Source: Candidatus Poribacteria bacterium (lineage in GTDB: Bacteria; Poribacteria; WGA-4E; WGA-3G). Taken from it: a stretch of DNA of 64,000 nucleotides. This document shows, piece after piece, positions 19,197 through 29,401 of this stretch; position 1 is the stretch's first letter, and each line of letters starts with the position of its first letter. A program made the translations under genes and the position numbers. Location of the stretch: the NCBI GenBank assembly GCA_965215265.1, contig OZ244048.1, positions 1,216,001-1,280,000 on the forward strand, read 5' to 3'. A model generated the notes under the pieces. It saw only the letters and a list, made by a program, of their open reading frames with translations, had not been told where the DNA came from and did no database searches.

Positions 19197-20174
19197 ATGA
19201 AAACGAGACAACTTCTGATTTTTGCAGGGGTTTTTGTTGTTTTGGCACTCGTTGTCCTGATTTTTGAGAACCCTTTCGGACAGACTGAGTATCAAAAGAA
19301 GATTCAGACAGCAGGGCCCCTCTTTCCAAAATTTAATAAAGCGCAGGTGGAAAAAGTAGAAATTCTTTCGGACAGTACCACAACAACGCTTAAAAAGGAA
19401 AATGACGCATGGCTTGTTGCTTCCATGGATAATTACCCGGCGGATGCCGAAGGCGTGGAAGAGTTATTGAACAAAGTGACTGAATTCAAGAATACGCAGC
19501 GCGTCTCTAACAACCCAGACAAGCAAGCTGAGTTCGAGGTAGATAGCACCGGGGTAGAGGTGAAGTTGATGGACGCAAGCGATAAGATATTAGTGCATCT
19601 GTTCATTGGAAAAACCACACCTGGGTTCCTGAGTAGTTATGTACGTGCTGCGGATTCCAATGATGTTTACGTTGCACAAGGTGCTTTACAAGCTGTGTTT
19701 GATAAAGGTTCGCGGACCTGGAAAGACCGCACGCTCTTTGACTTTAACAAAGGAATTGTAACGCAGGTTAACATCACGTCTCCGGAAGAGACGGTTGAGC
19801 TGCGGTTGGATGCTGATGCAAAATGGCAGATGCTGCAACCGATAGCGTCGGCTGTTAAACAGAGTGAGGTTGACAACCTTCTAACTACGTTCAGCCAATT
19901 AGATACAGATGATTTTGCTGAAGTGAAGGTGTCACTTGCTAACTACGGGTTAGAGTCGCCGGAGTCTTCAATATCTGCAGTTTTGAATGATGGTACCACA
20001 GCGACATTGCACATCGGCAAAGAAGAGGAGGGGAAACGTTACGTCAAACGTGAAGACAAAGCGACCGTCTTCCGGCTCTTCACATCCAATGTGAATCGTT
20101 TAATCAAGAAGTCTGAAACGCTGCGGGAGGAGATACCGGCTTCGGAAACAGAGGAAGCGATGCAGACTGAGTAG
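19197..20174 (+). CDS. DUF4340 domain protein
   Basis: N-terminal TM, two repeated domains (YPAD, WKDRTLF, YGLESP); usual partner of GldAFG. Confidence 0.8.
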   Translation: MKTRQLLIFAGVFVVLALVVLIFENPFGQTEYQKKIQTAGPLFPKFNKAQVEKVEILSDSTTTTLKKENDAWLVASMDNYPADAEGVEELLNKVTEFKNTQRVSNNPDKQAEFEVDSTGVEVKLMDASDKILVHLFIGKTTPGFLSSYVRAADSNDVYVAQGALQAVFDKGSRTWKDRTLFDFNKGIVTQVNITSPEETVELRLDADAKWQMLQPIASAVKQSEVDNLLTTFSQLDTDDFAEVKVSLANYGLESPESSISAVLNDGTTATLHIGKEEEGKRYVKREDKATVFRLFTSNVNRLIKKSETLREEIPASETEEAMQTE

Positions 20175-20180
20175 GGCCAG

Positions 20181-20221
20181 TGTGCCTTCTGTCGATCTCG
20201 TAATTAACGGTAGAAGGCACT
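20181..20221 (+). terminator. Terminator-like hairpin
   Basis: GTGCCTTCTGTCG...CGGTAGAAGGCAC. Confidence 0.55.
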
Positions 20222-20574
20222 CCCTCACTTATCAGACTTTAAAAACACGTCAAATGGTGCCTTAGAACTGGTTGAAATAGTTCATCCGAAGTTGGTTCAA
20301 GACAGCATGTTCCTATTCAGATTGGATATTGTGGGAGATAAGTTCATGGAAATTAAGGGATTCAGCCTCAGCGGGCTAGGCAGCGCGCAACGGTTTGAGA
20401 AGGTGAATTTCAATGCAGGTGTTATTGAATCGCTGGGACAGAAAGTACAATACATGAAGTACTACTGCCGAAATTTTGACAATGTGGAATTGGCAACGTT
20501 GTAGTTTGTGTTCACATTTAGGATTATGAAATTTCAGTTTCAACAAAGACGTTTCGACTCTTGGAGAATTTACA

Positions 20575-22833
20575 ATGCTTTCAAATCCATTTGAACAAGA
20601 CAACACTGCCACTTCTTCAGAACAAGGGCACGGCTTCGGTACTGCCCCAGTCTTCCTTGCTTCTGCTAGTACAATTCTCGGTGCGATTCTTTTCTTACGT
20701 TTCGGCTACGCTGTGGCGCACGTTGGGCTGTGGGGGACGCTCGCGATAATTGTTTTAGGGCATTTGGTGACGATTCCAACCGTTTTGGCTGTATCAGAGA
20801 TTGCGACGAACCGGCGTGTTGCAGGAGGTGGAGCGTACTATATTGTGAGCCGGTCGTTCGGCCCGAGCATTGGTGGTGCGATTGGGGTTGCCCTCTATAT
20901 TTCGCAAGCGATTTCGGTTGCGTTCTATATAGTGGCATTCGCGGAGGCATTTGGACCTGTCTATGAGTGGATTAATACTACGTATGGCGTGAACGTTGGT
21001 TTGCGATGGGTAAGTCTACCTTGCACGATTTTGCTGCTTGTGCTGATGCTGACAAAAGGTGCTAATCTTGGCGTGTCGGTTCTGTGGGCTGTGAGTGCGA
21101 TGCTCGCGGCATCGATTGCCGCATTCTTGTTGGGCGATGGCCCTACAGAGATAAAACCGGAAGGTCTGAACCTGACTTCAACTATCGAAGGTGCTGATAG
21201 TTTCGGCACGGTTTTTGCCACCTGTTTTCCTGCATTCACGGGCATGATCGCCGGGCTGGGGCTATCAGGTGACTTGAAGAATCCGCGGAGGAGCATTCCG
21301 CTTGGGACAATCGCGGCAACATTAGTGGGAATGGCGATCTATGTCCTCGTTGCAATTAAGTTAGCTCAGCACGCAACACCGGAAGTACTGAATAAAAACC
21401 AGTTTGTGATGGCAAAAATCGCACTGTGGCCCTCTGTCATCTACATTGGGTTGGCTGCGGCCGCACTCTCTTCTGCAGTCGGTTCTATCTTGGTAGCACC
21501 TCGGACGCTGCAAGCACTTGCACGAGATGACGTGCTACCGATTCCGCAGCTGAACCGTCTAATGGAGAAAGGGATAAGAAACACGCAGGAGCCGGTGTAT
21601 GCGACGTGCGTATCGGGTGTGATAGCCATTGTATTCGTGGTAGTCGGCAGTTTAGACTTTATTGCTCAAATTCTGAGTATGTTCTTCATGGTAACATACG
21701 GGGCCCTCTGCGTGGTGTCGTTTCTTGAGTATTTCGCGGGTAATCCTTCGTATCGTCCCACGTTCCGTTCTCGTTGGTATTTGTCGCTGTTGGGCACGGT
21801 GATGTGCAGCCTGATGATGATACAGATTAATGTGTTGTCGGCATTCATCGCACTCTTTCTGATGGTGGCGATTTATTTATGGCTCCGCCGGGGCCACCGG
21901 GGTGAACGTGATTTGGCAGCGATTTTCCAAGGGACGATGTTCCAGTTAACGCGATGGCTGCAGATTATCCTCCAGAAGAGCCGGGTGATTTCATCGCAAC
22001 GCGAGTGGCGCCCTTCAATCATTGCAGTGACTCGTTTTGGTAGAAAACGTTTGGGGCATTTTGACCTGCTCCGCTGGATCTGTCATCGGCATGGTTTTGG
22101 ACACTTTATCCAGTTTTTCCAAGGAGATTACTCGTTTCGCGGGGAGGTCAAGGCACGTACCCACGTTAATCGATTGATTGAACGGAGTGAGGTTAGCCGT
22201 GCAGGCATCTTTGTAGATTCGCTGATTTGTCCCACGTTCCAGATGGCACTTGTGCATGTTCTGCAAATGCCGGGGATTTCTGGTTTGCAGAACAACTGTA
22301 TTCTGCTTGAGTTTGACCGGGAAATCCCAGATGAGATTCAGGAAGTCGTTACTGGCGCACGCCTCGCAGCGGATTCAGGATTTAATGTTCTTATTCTGCG
22401 ATCAACGAAATACCGTTTTGGTTATCGTTCTTCGATCCATCTATGGGTGACAGAGGAGACACTTGCGAATGCACCGTTGATGTTGTTGCTTGCTTATATC
22501 ATTGTAGGCCATCCGGAGTGGCGCAGAGGAGAACTCCGGCTATTTGCGTGTTTTGACTCGATTGATGGGGCACGTGAGACAGACAGACTGTCGGCATTGA
22601 TGAAGGAAGGACGACTGCCGATATCCATGCAAAACGTGACATCGCTATTGTGCAGTAGCATAGAGGCATTAGAGCAGGAAGTATCTCATCGATCAGCACA
22701 GGCTGATTTGGTTATCGCCGGATTAACTACGGACGACCTAAAATCCGATCAATTGGCAGAAGTCCTGCGGCATTATGATGGCGCAAATGACGTGCTGTTC
22801 GTTCATGCAACCGAGCAAATTCTGATTGAGTAA
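20575..22833 (+). CDS. Amino acid permease / cation-chloride cotransporter (SLC12-like)
   Basis: ILGAILFLRFG, GGGAYYIVSRSFG, FPAFTG, LSGDLKNP, YRPTF and a soluble C-terminal domain. Confidence 0.9.
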   Translation: MLSNPFEQDNTATSSEQGHGFGTAPVFLASASTILGAILFLRFGYAVAHVGLWGTLAIIVLGHLVTIPTVLAVSEIATNRRVAGGGAYYIVSRSFGPSIGGAIGVALYISQAISVAFYIVAFAEAFGPVYEWINTTYGVNVGLRWVSLPCTILLLVLMLTKGANLGVSVLWAVSAMLAASIAAFLLGDGPTEIKPEGLNLTSTIEGADSFGTVFATCFPAFTGMIAGLGLSGDLKNPRRSIPLGTIAATLVGMAIYVLVAIKLAQHATPEVLNKNQFVMAKIALWPSVIYIGLAAAALSSAVGSILVAPRTLQALARDDVLPIPQLNRLMEKGIRNTQEPVYATCVSGVIAIVFVVVGSLDFIAQILSMFFMVTYGALCVVSFLEYFAGNPSYRPTFRSRWYLSLLGTVMCSLMMIQINVLSAFIALFLMVAIYLWLRRGHRGERDLAAIFQGTMFQLTRWLQIILQKSRVISSQREWRPSIIAVTRFGRKRLGHFDLLRWICHRHGFGHFIQFFQGDYSFRGEVKARTHVNRLIERSEVSRAGIFVDSLICPTFQMALVHVLQMPGISGLQNNCILLEFDREIPDEIQEVVTGARLAADSGFNVLILRSTKYRFGYRSSIHLWVTEETLANAPLMLLLAYIIVGHPEWRRGELRLFACFDSIDGARETDRLSALMKEGRLPISMQNVTSLLCSSIEALEQEVSHRSAQADLVIAGLTTDDLKSDQLAEVLRHYDGANDVLFVHATEQILIE

Positions 22834-22849
22834 TAGACGTTTCAAAAGA

Positions 22850-22946
22850 TTTGATTTTTAAAGACATTACCTAGAGCGGCTCCGACGAGATTTACACACG
22901 AGCCATCAAAAGCATAAGCGTTGATCGTACGGAGATATACGAAAAA
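22850..22946. repeat. Repeat family A (84-nt element variant)
   Basis: CTCCGACGAGATTTACACACGAG...GTACGGAGATATACGAAA. Confidence 0.85.
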
Positions 22947-23076
22947 TTGTAAGATTTACGGGTTTTGTCGCGGCGCATGCTTACAAAGGTGCTAACGTTC
23001 AAAGTTTCTTTTTTATTTGCGTTATGTTTTTATGTTCACCACGGCTCTCGGCTCCATCTTCCTATTTTCAGAAACC

Positions 23077-23212
23077 AGTGGCAGGAGAGGTATTCCCAGT
23101 GGGTGGCGAGTAAAAGGTAGCAAAGCGAGTCCTCGAGGACTCGCGATACTACCTATCTCGCCACTTTATCTCTCCTTTCAGGAGAGACAAGATAACCTTT
23201 TATCTATAGATT
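23077..23212. repeat. Repeat family B, one copy nested in another
   Basis: TGGCAGG..GGTATT|CCCAGTGGGTGGCGAG..CTCGCCA|CTTT..ATCTATAGAT. Confidence 0.8.
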
Positions 23213-23273
23213 TTGTAGTTTCATAAAGGATTGTTCACGCCAAATTATTCTCAGCAATACCAGATAAAACAGA

Positions 23274-24494
23274 ATGAATGAATGGTTTCAAAATCTCATC
23301 CGGATACTTACTGAAACCGAGGTGCTGCCGTCGGAAGCATTAAATGGAAACCCTCTGACGCTTCTAGAAGTTGGTGTTTTTGTGTTCACATTTGGGGTTT
23401 TTCTTACGGGTGCGGGCTTTTTGCGCCGATGGCTCGCACGTCTGTTTAACCGGCTCCGGATGCCCCAAAATACCCAAAACCGATTGCTTGCCGTTTCATT
23501 TCTAATCGTTATGGTGGTGGGGCTGGTTTTAGCGTTTAGTTTTGCGGGCATCAAAACGAATCTGCTGCAGCGGGTCCTTCACTATCCTCTGACGGAGCTT
23601 TTTCAACCGGCCCCGGTTCCTGAGCTAGATGATGAGACTGCCTCCGGTGAAATCCAATTACCAGATGCCAATGAAAAAAAATTGACATTAGCAGCCCTTT
23701 TTTATGCCTTTGTTATTGTTTTCGGTGTGTTTGTGCTCTCTAAATACGTGCAATTGGTGCTGCGGAGACAGGTTCTACAGGCGTTTCAAATTGCAGAACA
23801 TACGCAATTTATCTTACTCCGTTTTTTTCACATCACTGCGATTATTATTGGCATCCTCATCAGTCTCAGCACTATCGGTGTGAGTTTGACGAACTTAGTG
23901 TTGATTTTTGGTGGTTTGAGCATAGGTATCGGTTTTGGATTGCAGAATATCGCCTCGAATCTGATTTCTGGGTTTATTCTGATTTTTGAACGGCCGATCA
24001 AGATTGGCGATTTGGTAGAAATCATGGATGTGAATATATTCGGCAGAGTCAGTTCGATTAATCTGCGCTCTACCGTCATTGTCTCACTTGATGAGAAAGA
24101 AATTATTGTTCCGAATTCGCAACTCATTACTGAGGCGGTGCACAATCTAACACACTGTAACAGTTTCTATCGGATTCGCGTTTCGGTGGGCGTATCGTAC
24201 AGTTCAGATATAGAGCTTGTGAAAAAAACACTGCTTGAGACGGCACATTCGCATCCAGTAGTGATTAAGGATGCCAAACCTGATCAGAAGCAGGTCACGG
24301 CACCTATCGTTCGGTTTGTGAATTTCGGGGAGTCGTCCTTAGATTTTGAATTATTGGCATGGATACCGGATTCTTTTCAGCGATTTGACATTGCTAGTGA
24401 CTTGCATTTCAGGATCTGGCACAACTTTCAAGAATATGGGATTAAGATACCGTTTCCACAGCGGGATGTCCATTTTTATCCAACAACCGATTGA
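23274..24494 (+). CDS. mscS: Small-conductance mechanosensitive channel
   Basis: GIGFGLQNIASNLISG, ERPIKIGD, IVPNS, IPFPQRD. Confidence 0.93.
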   Translation: MNEWFQNLIRILTETEVLPSEALNGNPLTLLEVGVFVFTFGVFLTGAGFLRRWLARLFNRLRMPQNTQNRLLAVSFLIVMVVGLVLAFSFAGIKTNLLQRVLHYPLTELFQPAPVPELDDETASGEIQLPDANEKKLTLAALFYAFVIVFGVFVLSKYVQLVLRRQVLQAFQIAEHTQFILLRFFHITAIIIGILISLSTIGVSLTNLVLIFGGLSIGIGFGLQNIASNLISGFILIFERPIKIGDLVEIMDVNIFGRVSSINLRSTVIVSLDEKEIIVPNSQLITEAVHNLTHCNSFYRIRVSVGVSYSSDIELVKKTLLETAHSHPVVIKDAKPDQKQVTAPIVRFVNFGESSLDFELLAWIPDSFQRFDIASDLHFRIWHNFQEYGIKIPFPQRDVHFYPTTD

Positions 24495-24508
24495 ATTGAG
24501 AATAGGTG

Positions 24509-25720
24509 CTAAACGTCTGTGTTTCGGTATGTGACGAGAATTGCGATGCAGATGAGCGTGCCGACAATGCCGATAGGGGAGAAGTTACCGACACCATCAA
24601 CGAGCAAACCGAGCAGCGGCGCGAGGATAATTGTCGCAAGCGATTTGGATTGTGCTTCAATAGAGAGGATGGTTGCGCTCATCTCTGGTGTGGACTGTGC
24701 ATTGAATCGGCTAATTAGGACAGGGCGCCAGAAATTTTGGAGGATTGCCAATCCGATAAACAGGACTATCATGGCAGGGTGCAAGTTGCGTATCAATGCA
24801 GGAATTAAAAGAGCGAAGAGGGCGAGTGCTATCCACCACATCAATCTTGCTGCATTTTCATCGCCATCCTGCCAATCGGTAATTTTATGTGAGTTACGTG
24901 AGGCGAGTGAGGATAAGAAGTAGAGGATAAAGTAAACGCCTGCTACCAGCAGGGCGGTCCGCTTTGATTCGCCTAATGTTAACAGTAAAGGCAATGCGAT
25001 GGCGGTTTGTTCAAGAATAGGCTGGAGATAATCCTTGCTGGCTTTGTACATCCCCTCAAATCCCATGCCCTCAAAAACCAGTCGGCGTAAGGGCGGAAAT
25101 TGTACGGACTGTTTCAATGCCTTACTGAGCAGTGCTGCAACGGCTTTGAGAGAAAATTGGCTCTGCTTGTCACCATCTAATACAGCTGGATAGCCAAGGA
25201 AGTTGACGATGTTGACTGCGTATGGGATAATTGAAAACCAAAAGATGTCTGTGAAATTGCCACGGTAAAATACCAGTACACCTGCAATGAGGACTGAGAG
25301 GGCGGAACCCATCTGAGACCAGGAGCGCGTGTACCCGTAGATTTTCGTTTTTTCATCGGACCTTCCCTGCAACCTGAGCCAATCGAAGATCATCGCTTTA
25401 TGGGTCCCGCTGCGAAACGCATCACCTATGCCGAAGAAGAACATGCCGCCAAACAGGAGAAGAAGGGATTCACTGAGAGCGAATGTGGCAAAGGAGGCAA
25501 TGTAAGCGAGAAACGAAAGTATCATGGCGCGCCGGCGACCGTAGAGGTCGGCTACCGCGCCAGATGGAATTTCAAAGAGGTTGGTGCAGACCTCCCGGAA
25601 GCCGATGAGGATACCGATTTGGAAGAAGGAGAGCCCTTTTTCCAGAAACGCCAAATACAGAAACGAGTCGTAGTAGCGTTGATTCTTTAGAAATCCGTAG
25701 ATGGAGAATCGAAATAGCAT
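24509..25720 (-). CDS. MFS transporter
   Basis: FEIPSGAVADLYGRR motif A and about 12 TM; upstream ORF extension is repeat-derived. Confidence 0.9.
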   Translation of the reverse strand: MLFRFSIYGFLKNQRYYDSFLYLAFLEKGLSFFQIGILIGFREVCTNLFEIPSGAVADLYGRRRAMILSFLAYIASFATFALSESLLLLFGGMFFFGIGDAFRSGTHKAMIFDWLRLQGRSDEKTKIYGYTRSWSQMGSALSVLIAGVLVFYRGNFTDIFWFSIIPYAVNIVNFLGYPAVLDGDKQSQFSLKAVAALLSKALKQSVQFPPLRRLVFEGMGFEGMYKASKDYLQPILEQTAIALPLLLTLGESKRTALLVAGVYFILYFLSSLASRNSHKITDWQDGDENAARLMWWIALALFALLIPALIRNLHPAMIVLFIGLAILQNFWRPVLISRFNAQSTPEMSATILSIEAQSKSLATIILAPLLGLLVDGVGNFSPIGIVGTLICIAILVTYRNTDV

Positions 25721-25756
25721 CGGTATTTGCCTATTTGGTATACCTTTCTGATGAAG

Positions 25757-25827
25757 TGGCAGGATAGGTATTCTTTGTCTCTCCTGAAAGGAGAGACAAG
25801 AGTACCTTTTACCTGCCACCCACTGGG
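25757..25827. repeat. Repeat family B
   Basis: Long hairpin TGGCAGG...CCTGCCA plus CCCACTGGG. Confidence 0.85.
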
Positions 25828-25844
25828 AGGTAGGGGAACCTATC

Positions 25845-26849
25845 TTATCCTGCAATCAATTCTTGATGGTAGGCGAACAGTGCAGGGGTGCCACCTGTGT
25901 GTAGAAAAATGACGGTTTCGTCGAGACCGATTTTGCCTTGTTGGATATGCTCAATTAGGCCTGCCATCGCTTTTGAAGTGTAAACCGGATCAAGAAAGAT
26001 ACCTTCGGTGTTTGCAACGAGTTTAAGTGCTGTGATGGACTCTGGTGTAGGATAGCCGTAAGCTTTGCCGATGTAATCGTCTGTATTTTGGATATCGGCA
26101 TCGCTGATGTAGGTGTCCAATTCTAAGAGTTGGGAGGCTGTATTGGCAGCCTCGCGCATTCGTTGAATCTTGCCTTCCCAATGGATGGGTGCACAGCCAA
26201 AAGGTTTCAATTTCATTCCGAGTGCTTTAGTCCCGAGTACAAGGCCCGCTTGAGTGCCTCCAACGGATGCAGTATAAATCCAATCTGCCTCAATTCCCAA
26301 TTGGTCCTGCTGTTGTTGAATTTCAGTGGTACACCAAGTGAAGGCGACCGCTGCGAGTGCAGTGGAGCGGGGTGAAGCGATGACATAAGGGTGGAACCCG
26401 TCACCCCGGAGTTTTTCGGCGAGTTGGTGTTTTACATCGTCAAGTTCGGGGCCGAACGGGACATCAACAACTTCGACATCGGCACCGGCGATGTGATTCA
26501 ATAAGAGGTTGCCTTGGGGAATGCTCTTATCGTCGCGTGCGAGGCGGAGGTAGCATTTGAGCCCGAGTTTTCCGCATGCAGCTGCGGTTTGTCTGCAGTG
26601 ATTGGATTGCGATGCAGCACCGTGGACAATGGTATCAGCGTTTTGATGGACTGCTTCACCAATAGTGAAGGTGAGTTGTCGGACTTTATTTCCGCCAAAT
26701 GCTAGTCCTGAGCAATCCTCTCGCTTGATGAAAATTCTGGGCCCGCCTAATGTTTCGGAAAGGCGTGGGCATTCTTCCAAGGGGGTAGGGAAATGCCCTA
26801 TGTCTACTTGTGGGATCCGTTTAATAGCTTGTGTAAGTTGTTGCAGCAT
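25845..26849 (-). CDS. D-cysteine desulfhydrase / ACC deaminase family PLP enzyme
   Basis: PTPLE, KRED, GGNKVR, QSNH, LDPVYTSK, FLHTGG. Confidence 0.92.
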   Translation of the reverse strand: MLQQLTQAIKRIPQVDIGHFPTPLEECPRLSETLGGPRIFIKREDCSGLAFGGNKVRQLTFTIGEAVHQNADTIVHGAASQSNHCRQTAAACGKLGLKCYLRLARDDKSIPQGNLLLNHIAGADVEVVDVPFGPELDDVKHQLAEKLRGDGFHPYVIASPRSTALAAVAFTWCTTEIQQQQDQLGIEADWIYTASVGGTQAGLVLGTKALGMKLKPFGCAPIHWEGKIQRMREAANTASQLLELDTYISDADIQNTDDYIGKAYGYPTPESITALKLVANTEGIFLDPVYTSKAMAGLIEHIQQGKIGLDETVIFLHTGGTPALFAYHQELIAG

Positions 26850-26974
26850 CAGAGACCTCAGAAGAGATTAATAGCATGTTAAGGTAATGAGCCGCCTCGC
26901 ACGCCGTGGGTGTAGAACGATCTAATGTCCTGAGAAGGCTGACTCTTAACTATAAGTTTCAGGTGTTGCTCCCA

Positions 26975-27003
26975 ATTATAAAAAATTTGGTAAGAATTGT
27001 CAA
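26975..27003 (-). promoter_or_regulatory. Consensus sigma70 promoter
   Basis: TTGACA-17 nt-TATAAT on the minus strand. Confidence 0.8.
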
Positions 27004-27401
27004 TAAAAAATCATTATGAAGGATTAAAAAATTAAGTGGGTAATAATCGGACATAGTGTAGGAATACCTTGTAGCCATCTTCAAACAGCGTAGTCATGAA
27101 ATCTCGTCTACCGGGTCTGGAAAGAAGAAAAAAAAGCGGGCCTGCAAGATGCGCCTCCAAGCATCCGGATAGGAGCCCGCGCTTCCATGTAGGTGGCCCC
27201 CGAATCAGCGGCGAACACGCGTAGGGCATTCATTGGGTATGTATCGTGATAAGGAAAGCGCTCCTACAATCACCGTCCAACAATTTGTGGTAACAGGAGG
27301 CCTAGTCCAAATCAGTGGTGAATGCACGCATGGCATTCACTAGGGCAAAGGGAGATGGAGTGAAAAAACAAGACGAATTTGAGAGCCAATTAGGAAAATT
27401 A

Positions 27402-28955
27402 CTATTGACTTTGAATGACAACAGCGGTTTGAATGACTTGTTTGCTGTCTTTGGATTGCAGGCCTGGGCGGAGGATTTCAATAATAGTGCCGGATTCAAA
27501 CTCGCTCTTTTTTATGCCGCTGAGTTTATGATGTCGGGTAGAGACTTGGGTTTCTCCAATCTCAATGGGCATCAATTCATAGTCGAGGATTTCAAGGAAC
27601 CAGTTAAGTCGATTCGGCATCGGATCTGGATGAACGCATTTGGCGACATTAAGGAACAGTATGTCCCGGATGAATTCAACAAGGAACTTTTTAAAAGTAA
27701 GGAGCTCGATTTTTTGCGCGTGGCTTTTGTCAAGTTCCGCCAGTTTCATTGAGAATTCCTGGATCTCGGTATTACATTCTGACCTAATTTTCTCTAAGTC
27801 GTGTTCATTCTCAGCGATTCTATTTACGGCAGAGAGCGTTGGCGAAGGAACAGACACACCTCTTGTCTGTTTAAGGGTCTGTCTGAGAGCATCTTCTATA
27901 TCAGTGAGAATTTCCGGAAGTTCAGCGTTTTTAACAGTTTCTTTTTCGGCTTCTTTCCGCCACGCGCTGAGTTCGTTCACCATGAGATTAAGTAGGAAAA
28001 CGACGGTCTCCTCTTGGGTGAGAGTGTCAGAATCCCAATTTTCAAGAGTGAGACCGTATCCGTCTGCGTAATCCTTTTCGAGTTTGGCAACCCGGTCTTG
28101 AAATTCGTTTTGGATGCGCTCGCCTTCTTCTCGATAGTAAACTTTGTTACGTTTGCTACCGCCGACAAGCCCGAGTTTTCCTAAAATGCCTTTTTGCGTA
28201 TTTCTGGGTTTGGAGGCAGTTCCAACGTATCGCTGCACTTTTGCCTTGTGCCGTGCTGCAATGGCACTTTTCGGTAGCGTCGGAATACTGATTTTAAATC
28301 CGAAGTTGGATTCCGGTAATTGCCTGAATGGTTTGACTGGCACGTTTGCAGATGTGCCCGGTTCCATTCTATTTAAGTCTGTCTGTTGCGGTACTTCTTT
28401 TTCTGCGGCGGGTGTGTCTTCGTCGTCGGACGCTTCTTCCGCTGATATTGTGGGTGGTGCGGTTTCTCCGAGTTGTGTGGTTGATTCTGGAGTGATCTCA
28501 CTTTCTGTTGCAATAGCTGCGTTTTCTGTGACTACTGCGTCTTGTTGGTTTGGCGTGGTATCTGTGCGCGCTTCGTCTAATAGTTTTTCTGCCTTTGATT
28601 CCATTGGCGTAAAGGGTTCAGGGCTGCGTTCCTCGAGCACGAATTCGTCTTTAAGTCGTTCTAATTCTTCAAGGATTTTTTCAATGGGCGTTGAAATCGG
28701 ATTGTACTTGTCGACGAAAAAAGTTAAGCGGTATGCTTCCATGACATCTCTGGGCATCACAGCGGACTGTTTCTCATCGGAGAGTTGAAAATCTGTCCAA
28801 TTGGCACGCCCGCTAATCGGTCTGCGTTGATACATGACGCGTACTTGTCTTTCTGCCGCAGCGAGATTTTCGAGGCTCATAATGATCCGTGGGCCCCTGT
28901 AGGCAAAGGAGACTTCAATGTCTCGAAAACGCCCGGTTATGCTATTTGCTGCCAT
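27402..28955 (-). CDS. Hypothetical protein with GrpE-like C-terminal domain
   Basis: AAGGAG RBS; coiled coil followed by GTIIEILRPG...AVV resembling the GrpE beta head. Confidence 0.7.
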   Translation of the reverse strand: MAANSITGRFRDIEVSFAYRGPRIIMSLENLAAAERQVRVMYQRRPISGRANWTDFQLSDEKQSAVMPRDVMEAYRLTFFVDKYNPISTPIEKILEELERLKDEFVLEERSPEPFTPMESKAEKLLDEARTDTTPNQQDAVVTENAAIATESEITPESTTQLGETAPPTISAEEASDDEDTPAAEKEVPQQTDLNRMEPGTSANVPVKPFRQLPESNFGFKISIPTLPKSAIAARHKAKVQRYVGTASKPRNTQKGILGKLGLVGGSKRNKVYYREEGERIQNEFQDRVAKLEKDYADGYGLTLENWDSDTLTQEETVVFLLNLMVNELSAWRKEAEKETVKNAELPEILTDIEDALRQTLKQTRGVSVPSPTLSAVNRIAENEHDLEKIRSECNTEIQEFSMKLAELDKSHAQKIELLTFKKFLVEFIRDILFLNVAKCVHPDPMPNRLNWFLEILDYELMPIEIGETQVSTRHHKLSGIKKSEFESGTIIEILRPGLQSKDSKQVIQTAVVIQSQ

Positions 28956-29401
28956 CTTCAGTTTTCTCCTTAGCGCGTTAACTTATACTTACAATTCGGG
29001 AGTTTGCTCCCACAAAATTTCATACTGATATATTGTCTAATTTAACGTTTTTCGTCGGATTGGGTTACAAAAATGGAGTGAATACTAAATTTATTTGATG
29101 TAGTATATACTACTGTGCTTTAGTGGATGAGAGGCTGCCGTGTGCTATATACAGTCTTCGTCGTATCACAATTTATTGTGTGTCTTTATAAACGGCGGAG
29201 TCCGATGGTGAAGAAGGCACTTATGATTGGGAGCTCGCTCCACGAAAGGGATAGTTGACATAGATACCGCGTTACGGGCCAGTAGACAGGTGATAACTCG
29301 TCCTCCTACAATGCCTTTTTTATCTCTGTGGTGTCTTTTATCAGATGGAAGGTAGATGGGTGAATAAATTTCCGTTTCTACCGGGACAGAACGCTTGCTA
29401 T

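Noticed and set aside
20292-20504. Short ORF MEIKGFSLSG...
   Set aside because: It may be a gene remnant, but there is no recognisable motif.
27315-27752. 145-aa plus-strand ORF
   Set aside because: It is antisense to the GrpE-like C-terminus and has no motif.
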